Below are positions 56,240-64,000 of a DNA stretch of 64,000 nt, piece by piece. The DNA is from an uncultured Solirubrobacteraceae bacterium. GTDB lineage: Bacteria; Actinomycetota; Thermoleophilia; Solirubrobacterales; Solirubrobacteraceae. The notes under the pieces were generated by a model, which was given only the letters and a program-made list of their open reading frames with translations, did no database searches and was not told where the DNA came from. Where the stretch lies: NCBI GenBank assembly GCA_963803565.1, contig CAWDNA010000002.1:14247-78246 (forward strand), written 5' to 3'. Position 1 is the first letter of the stretch; each line of letters begins with the position of its first letter. The translations under genes and the position numbers were made by a program.

Positions 56240-57166
56240 ATGAGCCGAACTGACGAGCTCCCTCCAGACCAACGCGCAGCGCTCGCGCTGCTGCTGCGCC
56301 AGCGCACGAGCTACGCCCAGCTGGCCACGCTGCTCGGCATCTCCGAGCGCGCAGTGCACGACCGCGCGCAGGCCGCGCTCGCGGTGCTGGCTCCGCGCGA
56401 GGCGCGCGGGCTGCCCTCCGCCCGGCGCGAGCAGATCGGCGACTACCTGCTCGGCCAGCAGAGCAGCGTGCCCGAGCGCCTGGCCACGCGCACCTACCTC
56501 AACACCTCCGAGCCCGCGCGGGCGTGGGCCGCGGCGATCGTGCGCGAGCTGACGCCGCTGGCGGGCGTCGCGTTTCCCGAGATCCCCGCCGGCGCCGACG
56601 CGGGCGGCCTCGCCGAACGCGCCGAATCGCCGCTGCTCGAGGACGCGGGCGGATCGCCCTCGCGCGCGGCGCAGCCGAGCTCCCGGCTCGGCGGCGCGCT
56701 GCTGCTCGCAGCGATCATCGCCGCGGTGGTCGTCGCGGTCGTCCTGCTCACCGGCGGCAGCTCCCACACGAGCACGACCGCCAAGACCACGACCGCTGCG
56801 AAAACCACAACCGGTCCGACGGTCGACGCGCGGCTCGCGCTGAAACCGGTCGACCCGAAAAGCAGGAGCATCGGCGGGATCGACGTCCTCTCCGAAGGCA
56901 GCAAGCGCGCCTTCTACATCGAAGTCGAACACCTGCCGCCATCCCGGGGCTTCTTCTACGCGCTGTGGCTGTACAACTCGCCGCACAGCTTCCTGCCGCT
57001 CAGCAAGAGCCCGCCCGTGGGCTCGAACAAGCGCCTCGCCGGCGGCGCGCTGCTGACGGCCGCAGCGGCCAACTACCGCGAAATCCTGCTCACGCGCGAG
57101 ACCTCCACGCATCCGACCCACCCCGGCCACGTCGTCATGCGCGGCCCGTTCAGCGTCGGGGGCTGA
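56240..57166 (+). CDS. Sigma region-4-like HTH fused to an anti-sigma-like TM protein
   Basis: LPPDQRAAL..SYAQLATLLGISERAVHDR; DYLLG; TM; LPP..YALWL RskA-like C-domain. Confidence 0.7.
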   Translation: MSRTDELPPDQRAALALLLRQRTSYAQLATLLGISERAVHDRAQAALAVLAPREARGLPSARREQIGDYLLGQQSSVPERLATRTYLNTSEPARAWAAAIVRELTPLAGVAFPEIPAGADAGGLAERAESPLLEDAGGSPSRAAQPSSRLGGALLLAAIIAAVVVAVVLLTGGSSHTSTTAKTTTAAKTTTGPTVDARLALKPVDPKSRSIGGIDVLSEGSKRAFYIEVEHLPPSRGFFYALWLYNSPHSFLPLSKSPPVGSNKRLAGGALLTAAAANYREILLTRETSTHPTHPGHVVMRGPFSVGG

Positions 57167-58808
57167 GCGCCAGCAGCTTGCCGGGGTTCATGATCCCGGC
57201 GGGGTCCAGCTCGGCCTTGATCGCCCGCAGCGCGGCGAGGCCGCCGTCGCCCACCTCCTGCGCAAGCCACGGCATGTGATCGCGACCGACCGCGTGGTGG
57301 TGGGTGATCGTGCCGCCGCCCTGCACGATGGTCCGGCTCGCCGCCTCCTTGACGGCATGCCACTGCCCGATCGCGTCGTCCTCTCGCTGCGGGGCGATGA
57401 ACGTGAAATACAGCGAGGCCCCCGTCTCGTACAGGTGCGAGACGTGGCAGCTCACGAGCCCCGGCGTGCCGCCGGCGCTCAACGCCTGCGCGATCGCACC
57501 GCTCACCTGCGCATGGAGCCTGCGCAGGTTCGACCACTGCGTGGCTGTCTCGAGTGTCTCCACCATCAGTCCGTGCGTGAGCAGCTCGTCGCGCAGGTAC
57601 GGAGCCGAGAAGCGCGAGCGCAGCCAGGCCTCCCCGGGCGAGCGCCCGAGCGCGAGACCGCCGCAGCCGCGGATCAGCTCGAGCGCCCTGGCGCGCCGCG
57701 GGTCGAGCTCGCGGCGCTCGCCCTCGAAGCCGAAGATCGCCAGGCAGCCGTCGCGGTATCCGCGCAGGGCCAGGTAGGCGCGTCCGAGGCGCCCCGTGAC
57801 CCCGCCGGCGCCCGCGAGCATCAGCGACATCCGTGTCTCCGGCTCGTCCGACAGCCGCGCCACATCGGGCAGCGCATGCTCCTGGGCGAGCTCCCGCAGC
57901 GCCCGCACCCCGTCGCCGAAGCTCTCGAAGAAGACGCCCTCATACACACGCTCGCGCGGCGCCGGGCGCACGCGCAGCGCCAGCTCGCTGATCACCCCCA
58001 GCGTCCCCTCCGAGCCGACCAGCAGCTGACGCAGCCCCGGACCGGCCGCGCTCGCGGGCATCGCCGGCAGCGCGATGTCCGCCGCCGGGGCCGCGAGACG
58101 CAGCCCGAGCACCAGCTTCTCGATGCTGCCGTAGCCCGTCGAGGCCTGTCCGGCCGAGCGTGTGGCCGCGCACCCGCCGAGCGAGACGTACTCGAAGGAC
58201 TGCGGAAAGTGGCCGAGCGTCAGGCCGTGCGCGGCCAGCTCCCGCTCGAGCGCCTGCGCTCGCATGCCGGCCTGGACGGTGACGGTCAGCGACTCCCGGT
58301 CGAGCGACAGCAGCGCGCCCATGCGGCCCATGTCGAGCGACAGCACCCCGGCGTGCTGGCCACGCAGCGGCGCCACGCCGCCGACGACGCTCGTGCCGCC
58401 CCCGAACGGCACCACCGCCAGCGATGCGCGGCCGCAGAGCTCGAGCACGTCGCGCACCTGCTCGTGCCCGCTGGGATGGACGACCGCGTCCGGGGCCCCC
58501 TCCGGCGCGCCGGCGCGCAGCCGCACGAGGTCCGGGTAGCCCTTGCCCGCCGCATGCAGGACCCGTTCGGCGTGGTCCACGCGCACGTTCTGCGGGCCGA
58601 CGATCGCCCGCAGCTGCGCCAGCGTCGAGTCCGGCAGGCCGGGCGCAGCCAGCCGCACCCGGCCGAGCGCCACGGGCGCGCGCGGCGGCGCGCGCAGGCC
58701 GAGAGTCTCGCGCAGGAAGCCCAATGCGTGCGGTGGCAGCGACGTCGGGTGGGCCGGGTCTCCCCAGCCCCACCAGCGCATCGCCGGGGGATCGGCCGCC
58801 TCAGCCAC
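57150..58808 (-). CDS. FAD-linked oxidase (alkyl-DHAP synthase-like)
   Basis: PFGGGTSVVGG, GHFPQSFEY, GSEGTLG, THHHAVGRDH, MNPGKL. Confidence 0.92.
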   Translation of the reverse strand: MAEAADPPAMRWWGWGDPAHPTSLPPHALGFLRETLGLRAPPRAPVALGRVRLAAPGLPDSTLAQLRAIVGPQNVRVDHAERVLHAAGKGYPDLVRLRAGAPEGAPDAVVHPSGHEQVRDVLELCGRASLAVVPFGGGTSVVGGVAPLRGQHAGVLSLDMGRMGALLSLDRESLTVTVQAGMRAQALERELAAHGLTLGHFPQSFEYVSLGGCAATRSAGQASTGYGSIEKLVLGLRLAAPAADIALPAMPASAAGPGLRQLLVGSEGTLGVISELALRVRPAPRERVYEGVFFESFGDGVRALRELAQEHALPDVARLSDEPETRMSLMLAGAGGVTGRLGRAYLALRGYRDGCLAIFGFEGERRELDPRRARALELIRGCGGLALGRSPGEAWLRSRFSAPYLRDELLTHGLMVETLETATQWSNLRRLHAQVSGAIAQALSAGGTPGLVSCHVSHLYETGASLYFTFIAPQREDDAIGQWHAVKEAASRTIVQGGGTITHHHAVGRDHMPWLAQEVGDGGLAALRAIKAELDPAGIMNPGKLLALSPRR

Positions 58809-59307
58809 TTATCCGCTCGAGCCCGTCGAGGGCCTGATCGATCGTGGCCGCGGCCGCACGTCTGACCATGTGCCCGCCGAGGCGCGGAAAGAGCCCGTTC
58901 AGCGTCTGGCGCAGCTCGATCGTGACCTCTGTCGCCGCCCCGCTCCCCGCAGGGGCGCCGGTGCTCGCGGGGGCGCCGGTGCTCGCGGACTCCCCGGGCA
59001 CGGCCGCCACGGGCGACAGCCGCACCTCGGTCTCCGCAGACTTGAGCACCCGCGCAAACGGGGTTCCCTCGATCTGCTGCGCCCACCTGAGCGTCCAGCG
59101 GCTGCCGTCGACCTCCACCAGCTCGAAGTCCGCGCGCACTACCTTGCCCTTCGCGGTCCGCATCACCTCCGTGAACGCGTGATCCTCGACGTCCTCGACG
59201 CGCGTCACCCGCGGCCACCAGCGCGGCAGGTGGTGCGGGTCGCCCACCACCTCCCACAGCGTCTGCACGGAGGCGGCGATCACACGGCTGCGGCGCTCGG
59301 TGGGCAC
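58801..59307 (-). CDS. SRPBCC/START-domain protein
   Basis: LWEVVGDPHHLPRWWPRV. Confidence 0.78.
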   Translation of the reverse strand: MPTERRSRVIAASVQTLWEVVGDPHHLPRWWPRVTRVEDVEDHAFTEVMRTAKGKVVRADFELVEVDGSRWTLRWAQQIEGTPFARVLKSAETEVRLSPVAAVPGESASTGAPASTGAPAGSGAATEVTIELRQTLNGLFPRLGGHMVRRAAAATIDQALDGLERISG

Positions 59308-59318
59308 GATCGCCAAGC

Positions 59319-59849
59319 TTAGGAGTCGTAGCTGAGCAGGGCGTGAACCTCGCGTCCGGCGAGCCGCTCGCGTCCGCCCAGGAAGGTCAGCTCGATCAGG
59401 AAGCCGCAGCCGACGACCTCGCCTCCGAGCTGCTCGACCAGCTCGCACAGCGCCGCCGCGGTCCCGCCCGTGGCGAGCAGGTCGTCGTGCACCAGAACCC
59501 GCCTGCCCCGTGCCACGGCATCGGTATGCAGCTCCAACTGGCTCGCGCCGTACTCGAGCAGATACTCGGCGCTGATCGTCTCGTAGGGGAGCTTGCCGGG
59601 CTTGCGCGCGAGCACGAAGCCGGCGCCCAGCTCCAGCGCCAGCGCCGGCCCGAGCAGGAAGCCGCGCGCCTCCGCCGCGACCACGCAGTCGACCCGCAAC
59701 GGCCGTGCGAGGTCGGCCAGCTGGCGCACGCCCTCGGCGAGCGCGTGGGCGTCGGCCATCAGCGGCGTGACGTCCTTGAAGCCGATCCCCGGAGTCGGGA
59801 AATCGGGTATGTCGCGGATGAACGGACGCAGATCCGGGTGGGCGGGCAT
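59319..59849 (-). CDS. apt: Adenine phosphoribosyltransferase
   Basis: IPDFPTPGI.FKD, EARGF, RKPGKLP, DDLLATGGT. Confidence 0.97.
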   Translation of the reverse strand: MPAHPDLRPFIRDIPDFPTPGIGFKDVTPLMADAHALAEGVRQLADLARPLRVDCVVAAEARGFLLGPALALELGAGFVLARKPGKLPYETISAEYLLEYGASQLELHTDAVARGRRVLVHDDLLATGGTAAALCELVEQLGGEVVGCGFLIELTFLGGRERLAGREVHALLSYDS

Positions 59850-59868
59850 CTCGTCGCCGAGCGTTGAT

Positions 59869-60663
59869 TCAGCGCACGATCTTGCGCAGATCGCGTATCA
59901 GCAGCAGGTGCTTGAGGTGGGTCGCCACCGCCGCGAGGTTCTCGAGCGCCTCGACCGCCTCCTTGCGCCGCTGCGGGTTGCGCGAGCGCAGAGCCGGCGC
60001 GAGGATCTGCTGGAGCAGGTTCGCCTCGCGGTCGGCCGAGGAGCGGAACACGCGCAGGTTGCGACCGCCCACGCCATAGCGCGCGAGCTCGGCCACGGCC
60101 GCGATGATCTCGCGCTCGGTCTCGTCGAAGTAGCGCACGCCTCCGCGCATCTCCCCCTTCACGACGCCGAACTCTTCCAGCTCGCGCACCAGCTTGGCCT
60201 CGGCCTTGGTGTCCTCGAGGACGTCCTCGATCGAGTACAGCGCGCCGGTGGCCTCGCCCACGCTCACGCTCGGGCGCCAGGCACGCTTGCCGTCGCGGGC
60301 GACGCGGCCCGGGATCGGCGTCGCCTCGTCGGAGCGTCCCGCCGCCAGCTCCTGGCGGATCACCCGCAGCGGCAGGAACTCGTCGCGCTGCATGCGCAGG
60401 ATCGTGCGCAGGCGCGCCACGTCGCCCTGCGTGTAGAGGCGGTAGCCGCCCGGCGTGCGCCGCGGCGTGAGCAGCTTCTGGTCCTCCAGGTAGCGGATCT
60501 TCGAGATCGAGATGTCGGGGAACTCCTGGGCAAGCGCCTTGCACACCGCGCCGATCGTCAGCGACTTGCGCCGCTTGCCCAGCTCGCCGCCCTCGGCCGG
60601 GTCCCCGCCCGCCAGCTCGACCTCGAGCTCCCCCATGCCGGAGGGTGTCGACTGCGCGGCCAT
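59869..60663 (-). CDS. MerR-family regulator (Rv1828/FtsR-like)
   Basis: IGAV..EFPDISISKIRYLE..RTPGGYR..FLPLRVIR. Confidence 0.92.
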   Translation of the reverse strand: MAAQSTPSGMGELEVELAGGDPAEGGELGKRRKSLTIGAVCKALAQEFPDISISKIRYLEDQKLLTPRRTPGGYRLYTQGDVARLRTILRMQRDEFLPLRVIRQELAAGRSDEATPIPGRVARDGKRAWRPSVSVGEATGALYSIEDVLEDTKAEAKLVRELEEFGVVKGEMRGGVRYFDETEREIIAAVAELARYGVGGRNLRVFRSSADREANLLQQILAPALRSRNPQRRKEAVEALENLAAVATHLKHLLLIRDLRKIVR

Positions 60664-61133
60664 CAGCGGGCGTGGAAAGTGAGCTTGTACTTGCCGATCT
60701 GCACCTCATCGCCCTCCTCCAGGCGGTGAGACTCGATCCTTGCGCGGTTCACGTAGGTTCCGTTCAACGAGCCGCAGTCGTCGAGGTACCACTGGTCGGC
60801 GCGGCGGATCAGCAGCGCGTGGTCGCGCGAGACGGTCACGTCGTCGAGGAACACAGCCGAGTCCGGACGCCGCCCGATGCTCATCCGCTCGCCGTCCACC
60901 GGGAAGCTCTCGCCGACGCGCCCGCCCCCGGCGCGGATCACGAGCGCCGGGCCGTGCGCGGTGACCTCCTCGAGCTCCACGGGCACGAGCTCGCCGGCCT
61001 CGTCGATCCGGTAGGTGGCCGTCACCGGCTCGCCGCCGCCGCCCTCGGCGCGCGGCAGCAGCGCGCCGCAGCGCTGGCAGTAGTTGGCTCCCTCGCCGTT
61101 GACGAAGCCGCACTCGGTGCAGTGCAGGGCCAT
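60663..61133 (-). CDS. Zinc-ribbon plus FHA domain protein (GarA/OdhI-like)
   Basis: CTECG..CQRCG; IGR..FLDDVTVSRDHA..GSLNGTYVN. Confidence 0.92.
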   Translation of the reverse strand: MALHCTECGFVNGEGANYCQRCGALLPRAEGGGGEPVTATYRIDEAGELVPVELEEVTAHGPALVIRAGGGRVGESFPVDGERMSIGRRPDSAVFLDDVTVSRDHALLIRRADQWYLDDCGSLNGTYVNRARIESHRLEEGDEVQIGKYKLTFHAR

Positions 61134-61233
61134 GCGGGCAGGCGCTCCCGCTAGACGGCCCGTTGCGGCCGTCCCGCGCACGCCCGCGCTGAGCTGCCCG
61201 CGTCCGGTCGGGGGTCGCTGGTGGGTGAGCGCC

Positions 61234-61488
61234 TCACTCGCCGCCCTCCGCGGGGCGCTGAGCGAGGATGTCGGTGAGCTTCTGCACGTCCTCGCCGGTG
61301 ATCATGATCTCGCCGTCCTCGCGCTTGTGGCGCAGGCGGTTGACCAGCTCGGCGCGGAGGATGTCGATCTTGCCGTGCAGGATGCGCCGCTTGTAGGAGA
61401 TCTCGGTCTCCTCCTCGGTCAGCTGGCGGATGACGTCTTTCAGTTCGAGATCCGTCAGCGAGCCAAGGTCGGGAAACGTCTCATCCAT
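61234..61488 (-). CDS. rsiG: Single-motif RsiG-like c-di-GMP-binding anti-sigma factor
   Basis: ETEISYKRRILHGKID fits E-x3-S-x2-R-x3-(Q/H)-x3-D, followed by ILRAEL. Confidence 0.82.
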   Translation of the reverse strand: MDETFPDLGSLTDLELKDVIRQLTEEETEISYKRRILHGKIDILRAELVNRLRHKREDGEIMITGEDVQKLTDILAQRPAEGGE

Positions 61489-61570
61489 CGTGGGGTCTTC
61501 TCCTCTCGCGGACTTGCGCCGATGTGTGCGCGGGCCGGAAATCGCCGGCGCCACCGGCCAGAAGCCACAG

Positions 61571-61603
61571 AGTATAGCCCAAAAGGTAAAGCTGAGCTTG
61601 AGG
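61571..61603 (-). promoter_or_regulatory. Promoter of the rsiG-FHA-MerR unit with a candidate MerR-type operator
   Basis: Minus strand CCTCAAGCTCAGCTTTACCTT..TATACT; AT-rich island. Confidence 0.5.
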
Positions 61604-62290
61604 CTATGGCTCGGGCGCCCCGCGCAGCTGGCGCAGGCCCGAGCGCACGTACAGCGCGCTCGCCAGCAGCGCCAGCGCGAGGCCCACCAGCAGGAGCGCC
61701 TCGCCCAGCGCTTCAAGGCCCGCCATCGCGCAGCAGAACGACGCCAGCAGCGGCGCCACCGCCAGGCGCCCCGGCCAGTTGATGCGCAGCTCGACGCCGC
61801 GCCTGAGGCCGTAGCGCCCGAGCGCGAGCATCGCGAGTTCGCGCGCGGCCAGCACCGCGAGGGCCCAGCGCGGGAGCAGGTCAAAGCGCCAGCACACGAT
61901 CACGCCGGAGATCGCGAGCAGGCGATCGGTGAGCGGGTCCATCAGCGCGCCGAGGCGGCTGTACTGCCCTGTCGCGCGCGCGGCTATGCCGTCGGCGTAG
62001 TCCCCGAGCCCGATCACCGCGAACAGGATCACGTTCGGCGCGCCGGTGCCGTCGCTGCTCGACAGGGCCACGACGAGGAACACCGGGATCAGCGCCAGCC
62101 GCACGAAGCCGATCGCGTTGGGGATCGTCCACGGCCGCAGCGGCTGCCCGGCCTCGGTCTGCGGCGGTGGTGGGCCGGAGCGATCGAGCCCGAGCAGGCG
62201 ACGCGCGCCCGGGCGCTCGCGCTCGCGGCCGGCGCCGGCCTGCGCGGCCACGCGTGTCTCGGCCGGAGCCTGCTGCTCGGGCGGCGCCAT
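61604..62290 (-). CDS. CDP-alcohol phosphatidyltransferase (PgsA2-like)
   Basis: WTIPN, DYADGIAAR..G.LMDPLTD. Confidence 0.92.
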   Translation of the reverse strand: MAPPEQQAPAETRVAAQAGAGRERERPGARRLLGLDRSGPPPPQTEAGQPLRPWTIPNAIGFVRLALIPVFLVVALSSSDGTGAPNVILFAVIGLGDYADGIAARATGQYSRLGALMDPLTDRLLAISGVIVCWRFDLLPRWALAVLAARELAMLALGRYGLRRGVELRINWPGRLAVAPLLASFCCAMAGLEALGEALLLVGLALALLASALYVRSGLRQLRGAPEP

Positions 62291-62501
62291 TTACCAGGAG
62301 GGAGGTGTCATCGGTCGATCGAGCGCCCACTTGGGGAGCGGGCGTCGAGCGTATACGGCCGCGGCCGGCAGCGCGCGCCGATTCGGCGCCGCGGCGGGAC
62401 CGGGCCGCAGCCGCCTCCCCGAGACGGCCGCGCGGGCCGAATCGGGGAGCCGACTGTCGTGTTCCCCCCCGCCGTCGCGGACCGGGAGGAGCGCGGTGCG
62501 G

Positions 62502-63716
62502 CTAGTGGGTCAGGCCGTAGGCGACCCCCTGCAGTCCGACGGCGGGCACGAGGTTGCCGAGCGCCACGTTGACGTCGACCAGGTGCGTGCCCCACAGCGG
62601 CCCGAGCGTTTCGAGGATCCGTTCGCGCGGGTCGGTTTCGCTGCCCAGGTTCAGCTGCAGCCAGCTGGCCCCGTTGCGGGCTTCGCACTGAGCCGAGTAC
62701 TCGCCCGGCGAGGCGACCCACGGTGTGGATGCTTTCGGCGCCTGCACGACCGCCCCGAGCAGACCCGGGAATCTGCCGCCGTAGGCGTTGAGCGTCGGGT
62801 AGTAGGAGAGCGTCGGCCCGGAGACCGGCGCCTGCGCGAGCAGGGTCGGGTTCACGCACAGCACCTGCGGGTGTTCGACGCCTTCCGCGCCACCGCCGAG
62901 CGCCCCGAGCGGGCTTTCGGGCCGGCCGAAGTTCGACGGGTTGGGCGGTTCCTTGAGGAAGCTCGAGTAGGCGATCACGCACCCCACCTGACCGGCGAAC
63001 TGGCAGGCGGGCACGTTCTTGAACGAGCCTCCGACGGTCTTGCCTTCGGGCACGATCACCTGGCCGCCGAGCACGATCGCGCCGACCAGCTGCTTGCGCC
63101 GCGCCGGGTTGGTGTCGATCTGTTCTTTGATCAGCTGCTCGAGCATCGCGGAGCCCTGCGAGTGCCCGATCAGCTCGAAGCCCCGGCCTTTGTTGTAGCG
63201 GGCCAGGTATTCGTCAAAGGCGGTGGCGACGCCGATATAGGCCTTCGCTGCGGCCTCTGGCGTGACCACGCCAGGCGTGTTGATGGCCGGGATCGTCAGC
63301 TGCGGGTAGATCGGCGCGTAGACGTTGCAGACCTGGGAGAACCGCGAGGCCTGGCTTTCGGCGATCGCCAGCTCTTCGGGTTCGATCGCTTCCGTGGCGT
63401 TGGGGATGAGTTCGCCTTTTTCGTTGAACATCAGCTGGCTGCTGACCGTCGGGTACACGTAGAAGCAGTCGATCGGCGGCTTCTTGGCGGGCTTGGCCTT
63501 TTCGATGAAGCTCTTGCCGTTGCCGAGCTCGACCGTCGTTTCCTCGCTGCTGAGGCATGGGTTGCTGGCGATGCCGGGCCGGCACAGCCACGTCGTTTCC
63601 GCCGAGGCGGACGCGGCGGTGGCCCCCGCCAGGGCGAATGCCGCAACACTGAGAACGGCCAGCGCGAGCGTGCGCCATCCCGCCGCTCGCCCGGCGCCTG
63701 TCTGTAGCTGAACCAT
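62502..63716 (-). CDS. Secreted DUF3089 alpha/beta hydrolase
   Basis: Signal peptide, WLCRPG, DCFYVYPTVS, YAPIYPQ, GHSQG. Confidence 0.88.
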   Translation of the reverse strand: MVQLQTGAGRAAGWRTLALAVLSVAAFALAGATAASASAETTWLCRPGIASNPCLSSEETTVELGNGKSFIEKAKPAKKPPIDCFYVYPTVSSQLMFNEKGELIPNATEAIEPEELAIAESQASRFSQVCNVYAPIYPQLTIPAINTPGVVTPEAAAKAYIGVATAFDEYLARYNKGRGFELIGHSQGSAMLEQLIKEQIDTNPARRKQLVGAIVLGGQVIVPEGKTVGGSFKNVPACQFAGQVGCVIAYSSFLKEPPNPSNFGRPESPLGALGGGAEGVEHPQVLCVNPTLLAQAPVSGPTLSYYPTLNAYGGRFPGLLGAVVQAPKASTPWVASPGEYSAQCEARNGASWLQLNLGSETDPRERILETLGPLWGTHLVDVNVALGNLVPAVGLQGVAYGLTH

Positions 63717-63861
63717 CGCTCCTCCTTGCTCGTGCGACGCGCCAGGACGGCGGCGCCGCTCATCACGCGCAATTCTAGTCACGTGTGATGAAATGACGCA
63801 AATAGGCCCCGCGTGGCCCGTTGTGCCGCCGGCGCGCGCGGCCGGGCGGCCCACGGGAACG

Positions 63862-64000
63862 CTACGGAACGCTGCCCAAGAGCTGATCGATCGCCCCGAG
63901 CAGCTCCGCGGGCTCGCCCGCCAGCGGCAGCGGCGGGCCCTCGCGCCGGCCGCGCCGCAGCTGCACCTCGATCTCCCCCGACTCCAGCGAGCGGCGCCCA
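63862..64000 (-). CDS. 3' end of probable prolyl-tRNA synthetase (anticodon-binding domain)
   Basis: GRRSLESGEIEVQLRRG..LLGSVP-stop; only about 45 codons visible. Confidence 0.5.
   Translation of the reverse strand, partial: GRRSLESGEIEVQLRRGRREGPPLPLAGEPAELLGAIDQLLGSVP

Noticed and set aside
58955-58988. Tandem ASTGAP repeat in the SRPBCC gene
   Set aside because: In-frame loop duplication with no sign of function
63770-63805. Second CRP site upstream of the DUF3089 gene
   Set aside because: Only one good half-site (TGTGA-N6-GACGC)
1-64000. tRNA, rRNA, retron/DGR or defence systems
   Set aside because: No cloverleaf, rRNA-like tract, reverse transcriptase or recognisable defence gene seen by eye; tRNAscan, cmscan and DefenseFinder would be decisive

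Overview
A very GC-rich, gene-dense piece of bacterial chromosome. Gene content and the many leaderless TAnnnT-N6-7-start genes point to Actinomycetota, probably Thermoleophilia/Solirubrobacterales (inference). It holds about 75 CDS. Housekeeping genes: hflX, murT/gatD, udgB, ohr, dinB, nadE, apt and a probable proS 3' end. A metal-homeostasis block has DtxR/MntR, an NRAMP-like transporter, a cupredoxin and two CDF pumps. A lipid-catabolism block has paired acyl-CoA dehydrogenases, a CoA ligase, a frameshifted phosphotriesterase-like gene and a P450. Also present: one complete IS630, a c-di-AMP (ydaO) riboswitch with an upstream CRP site before an RlpA-like gene, and a single-motif RsiG anti-sigma in the pgsA2-FHA-MerR cluster. 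I saw no rRNA, tRNA or CRISPR. Best leads: (1) a LuxR regulator plus a secreted protein ending in a free PRFTG C-terminus, coupled to an L,D-transpeptidase, which may be a sortase-independent anchoring system; (2) a 4-copy palindromic array before a low-GC secreted protein, matching a perfect palindrome in front of the P450 20 kb away; (3) a sigma-region-4/anti-sigma fusion; (4) three conserved genes that seem to lack a canonical start codon. All calls come from reading motifs by eye; no searches were run.
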